Assembly (NCBI GenBank): GCA_963769025.1
Contig: CAVYKI010000006.1
Coordinates: 512,001-576,000, forward strand
Origin: an uncultured Verrucomicrobiae bacterium
GTDB taxonomy: Bacteria > Verrucomicrobiota > Verrucomicrobiia > Chthoniobacterales > Chthoniobacteraceae
Length of the DNA: 64,000 bases
Reading direction: 5' to 3'
A program made the translations under genes and the position numbers. Below, one piece after another: positions 60,685-64,000 of the stretch; the first letter of the stretch is position 1; every line of letters starts with the position of its first letter. The notes beneath the pieces are model-generated. The model was not told the origin of the DNA, made no database searches, and saw nothing but the letters and a program-made list of their open reading frames with translations.

Positions 60685-62061
60685 TCAAAGCGCGATCCCG
60701 AACCGCTTGAGCTTTGCGTACAGCGTCGGGCGGTGGATGCCCAGCAGCTCGGCGGCGCGCTTTTTGTTGCCGCCGGCGCGGCGGAGCGCATCGAGCAATG
60801 CCTCGCGCTCCATGCCGCCGAGCGTTTGCGGAGCGCTGCCGTCCGTGAGCGGGGCGGGGGCGAGATCGGGGCGCTGGATTTCGCGAGGGAGACATTGGGG
60901 GATGAGCACCGGGCCGTCGCAGAGCACCAGGGCGTGCTCGATGGCGTTTTGCAGTTCACGCACGTTGCCGGGCCACGGGTAGTCGCGGAGAAGTTCGAGC
61001 ACTTCGGGCGCGAGCTGCGGCATGGGTTTGCCGAGCTGTTCCGCGAAGCGGCGGAGAAAGGTGTCGGTCAGCTTCGGGATGTCCTCGCGGCGCTCGCGCA
61101 GCGGAGGGACTTCAATCTCGAAGGTCTTGAGCCGGAAATAGAGATCCTGCCGCAGGCGCCCTTCTTTCACGGCCTGCGCGGGCGGGCGGTTGCACGCGGC
61201 GATGAGGCGGAAGTCCACCGGCACGTTTTTCACCGAGCCGAGCGGGCGGAATTCGCGGTCCTGGAGCACGCGGAGGAAGCGCGTCTGCAAATCCACCGGC
61301 AGCTCGGTGATCTCGTCGAGAAACAGGGTGCCGCCATTCGCCTCCGACAGCATGCCCGGAAACGCGGCGACCGCGCCGGTGAACGCGCCCTTCACGTAGC
61401 CGAACAGCTCCGACTCGATCATGTTCGCGGGGAATGCGCCGCAATTCAGCTTCACCATTGGCCCGCCGGCGCGTGTGCTCCTGCGATGCACGGATGAGGC
61501 GAAGACCTCCTTGCCCACGCCGCTTTCGCCGGTGAGCAGCACGTTCGCCTCGCTCGGCGCGATGCGCGCGACGAGCTGATCGAGTTCGCGCATCCGCCGG
61601 CTGATTGCCACCGGAGCGAGCTGCTCCTCCGCAGCCGTCAGGCGCTTCTGCAGGGCGTTCTTCTCCTCACGCAGATCCGCGGCCTCCCGCGTGAGGGCCT
61701 GCTGGTCGAGCGCGCGGGTGCAGAGGCTGAGCAGTTCCTCGATGGCGTATGGCTTCGCGAGAAAATGGAAGGCACCCTGCTTGATGGACTCGATCGCGTT
61801 CTCGAGCGAGTCGTTCGCCGTCAGCACGATCACCGGCAGATCGGGATGGTCCGCTTTCAATCCGCGCAGCACTTCCAGGCCGTCGCCATCGGGCAGCCCG
61901 AGATCGAGCAGCACCAGGTCTGGCTTTGCCTCCGCGATTCTTTTCCTTCCTTGCGAGGCATTCGGGCCGATGCGCACCTCGTAGCCATGACGCGGCAGGA
62001 CGGCGCTGAGCGTCGTCTGGATGGTGCGGTCGTCGTCGATGACCACGATGGTCTTCTGCAT
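60685..62061 (-). CDS. Sigma54-dependent response regulator (REC-AAA+-Fis HTH; NtrC/AtoC family)
   Basis: VIDDD, LLDLGLPD, GESGVGKE, ESELFGYVKGAFTGA, WPGNVREL, C-terminal HTH. Confidence 0.95.
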   Translation of the reverse strand: MQKTIVVIDDDRTIQTTLSAVLPRHGYEVRIGPNASQGRKRIAEAKPDLVLLDLGLPDGDGLEVLRGLKADHPDLPVIVLTANDSLENAIESIKQGAFHFLAKPYAIEELLSLCTRALDQQALTREAADLREEKNALQKRLTAAEEQLAPVAISRRMRELDQLVARIAPSEANVLLTGESGVGKEVFASSVHRRSTRAGGPMVKLNCGAFPANMIESELFGYVKGAFTGAVAAFPGMLSEANGGTLFLDEITELPVDLQTRFLRVLQDREFRPLGSVKNVPVDFRLIAACNRPPAQAVKEGRLRQDLYFRLKTFEIEVPPLRERREDIPKLTDTFLRRFAEQLGKPMPQLAPEVLELLRDYPWPGNVRELQNAIEHALVLCDGPVLIPQCLPREIQRPDLAPAPLTDGSAPQTLGGMEREALLDALRRAGGNKKRAAELLGIHRPTLYAKLKRFGIAL

Positions 62062-62170
62062 AGATCCAGACCCTACACCCCTCGGAGTGAGTCTGGCGAC
62101 CTTTTGAAGGGGCGCGGCTCCGCGATTGGCGTTGCCACGCGTGGAGAGCAGTCTCAGTGTCCCGTTCACC

Positions 62171-63248
62171 GTGGGAACCCCGCTGACCATCCCGACCGAG
62201 CCGATCGGAAGCATTCCGCGGCCGCTGAGCCTCCTCGACGCGATCACCGCCGCCGGGGACGCCCAGGCTCCATCGCTGGATCCGCTCTACGAAGAGGCCG
62301 TGCGCGATACGGTCGAACAGTTTGAAGCCACGGGCTCGCCGGTCATCACCGATGGTGAGCAGAGGAAGTATCACAACTTTTGGACGTACTGCGTGCACGG
62401 ACTGAAGAACACGGCCCCGGATGGATTCAAGATCCCATTTTCCGCTGGCCACACGAGGCGGATGCTGAGGCTTACCTCCGGGCCGTTCCGCTATAAGCGG
62501 TACGCGGACAGCTATCTCGATGTCGCGCTCCGCTACGCGAAGCATCCGGTGAAACAGGCGGTGATTTCGCCCTCGGCGCTGAGCCTCATGTTTCCGGCGG
62601 ACGGGCTGGCGGGGTATTCGCGCGGGGAGTTCATCGACGACCTTCTGCGGGAGCATGAGACGGAGGTCCGGCGCTGTCTGCAGAAGGGAGCCCACAGCGT
62701 GCAGATCGATTTTACCGAGGGCCGGCTGGCGGTGAAAATCGATCCCTCAGGAGACGCTGCTGCACAGCTTCATTGACTTGAACAACCTCGCGCTCGGGCG
62801 CTTTTCGGAAGCGGACCGGATGCGCATCGGCGTGCACACCTGCCCGGGAAGCGACCGCGATTCCACGCACAGCGCGGATGTGGATTACGCGGCCCTGCTG
62901 CCTGCGCTCTTCGAACTGAACGCCGGGAATTTTTTCATCGCACTGGCGACCGAAAAGGATCCCGCCCGCGTTTTAGGAATCATACGGGACTGCATGAAGC
63001 CTCATCACCGCATATTCATCGGCGTCGTAGCGCCCATCGATCCGCGCATCGAGACGCCGGAGGAAATCCGCGACCGCGTCCTGGAAGCGAGCCGCTACAT
63101 TCCAGCGGATCGCCTCGGCACTACGGATGACTGCGGCTTTTCCCCTTTCTGTGACGACCGTTCGACAAGCCGTGAGACGGCCTTTGCAAAAATCCGCGCG
63201 CGGGTTCTCGGGACCGCCCTCGCGGCGCAAGCCATCGGAGGCAGCTAA
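62171..63248 (+). CDS. Cobalamin-independent methionine synthase II-like protein (MetE C-terminal domain only); +1 frameshift near 62754
   Basis: TEPIGSIPRP, ITDGEQ, KQAVISPS, VQIDFTE, GVHTCPG and TDDCGFSPF motifs. Confidence 0.85.
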
Positions 63249-64000
63249 GTGCCTGCAGACGACGACCAGGAAGACGTGCAACTGCGGGCGGTTTCGTTAC
63301 AGAACGCAAACGCCATTTTCCTCGCACGCCAGCGTGCGGATCGCGAGCTCCTCGGGGCCAAGGAGGCGCTGCGCAAAAGCGAGGAGCTGCTGCGCTCGAT
63401 CACCGATGCCACGCCGGCGCTGATCGCCTATCTCGATTCTTCCTTCCGCTACCGTTTCGCGAATCTCCAGTACGCGATCTGGTTTGGGCGTCCGCAGGAG
63501 CAGTTGATCGGCCTGCACATGCGCGAAGTGCTCGGCAACGAAGCCTTTGCCCGGCTGGAGCCTCACGTCGTGCGCGCCCTTGCGGGGGAGGATGTTCACT
63601 TCGAGGCGGAAGTGCCCTACCGCGACGCCGGCACGCGTTTTGTGAAGGTCGCATATCACCCGGATCGCGCTGAGGACGGGGCGGTGCGCGGCGTGTACGT
63701 CCTCGTCATCGACATCAGCGATATCAAGCGCACGGAGGATGCGTTGCGCCAGACGGAGAGCCGGCTGCTCATGGCCATGGAGGCCGGGCAGATGGGTGCG
63801 TGGGAGTGGGACGTGGTGACCGGAAAAGTAAGCTGGTCCCCGACACTCGAAGCGATCCACGGGATGGCAACCGGCACGTTTGGCGGGAGCTTCGAGGACT
63901 TTCAGCGCGACATGCATCCGGAGGATCGCGGCCGGGTGCTCGCGACGATCCGGGAGAGCGTGGAAAAGCGCACGGACTACCGCATCGAATACCGGATCGT
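63249..64000 (+). CDS. Multi-PAS sensor protein (probable histidine kinase); runs off the window edge
   Basis: Manual translation from GTG 63249: LRAVSLQNANAIFLARQRADREL, PAS (ITDATPALIAYLD...YRFAN...DISDIKR), second PAS (MGAWEWD...MHPEDR). Confidence 0.88.
   Translation, partial: MPADDDQEDVQLRAVSLQNANAIFLARQRADRELLGAKEALRKSEELLRSITDATPALIAYLDSSFRYRFANLQYAIWFGRPQEQLIGLHMREVLGNEAFARLEPHVVRALAGEDVHFEAEVPYRDAGTRFVKVAYHPDRAEDGAVRGVYVLVIDISDIKRTEDALRQTESRLLMAMEAGQMGAWEWDVVTGKVSWSPTLEAIHGMATGTFGGSFEDFQRDMHPEDRGRVLATIRESVEKRTDYRIEYRI

Overview
High-GC bacterial chromosomal DNA. The gene repertoire (PVC-type CxxCH protein, DUF1080, DUF1501, prepilin/H-X9-DG protein, five sulfatases) points to Verrucomicrobiota, probably Chthoniobacterales-like; this is an inference. 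Housekeeping content: maf, miaB, rho, purL, purD, two cyclophilins, aguBA, tRNA-Ser(CGA) and tRNA-Leu(CAA). Accessory content: a split IcmF-type B12 mutase with a thiolase, an EPS export block (WecG/TagA, beta-barrel, Wza, Wzc, O-antigen-ligase-like), a Trx/heme-c/PDZ redox module, a secreted peptidase trio, a sulfatase cluster, and a sigma54/ECF stress-signalling cluster ending in a MetE-like gene abutting a PAS sensor. The most notable candidates are: (1) a tandem active plus catalytically dead HtrA/Deg protease pair, (2) a genuinely two-gene IcmF, (3) a C39-like peptidase preceded by a stand-alone copy of its own N-terminal domain, (4) a sigma54-linked cluster with a sensorless pseudo-kinase, an orphan ECF sigma and a MetE-like/PAS pair, and (5) a small secreted tandem-repeat protein. 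Eleven single-base (+1) frameshifts break otherwise intact genes and are most likely sequencing or assembly errors. No CRISPR array, rRNA, integrase or transposase was seen. All family calls come from motif recognition by eye, with no database searches.
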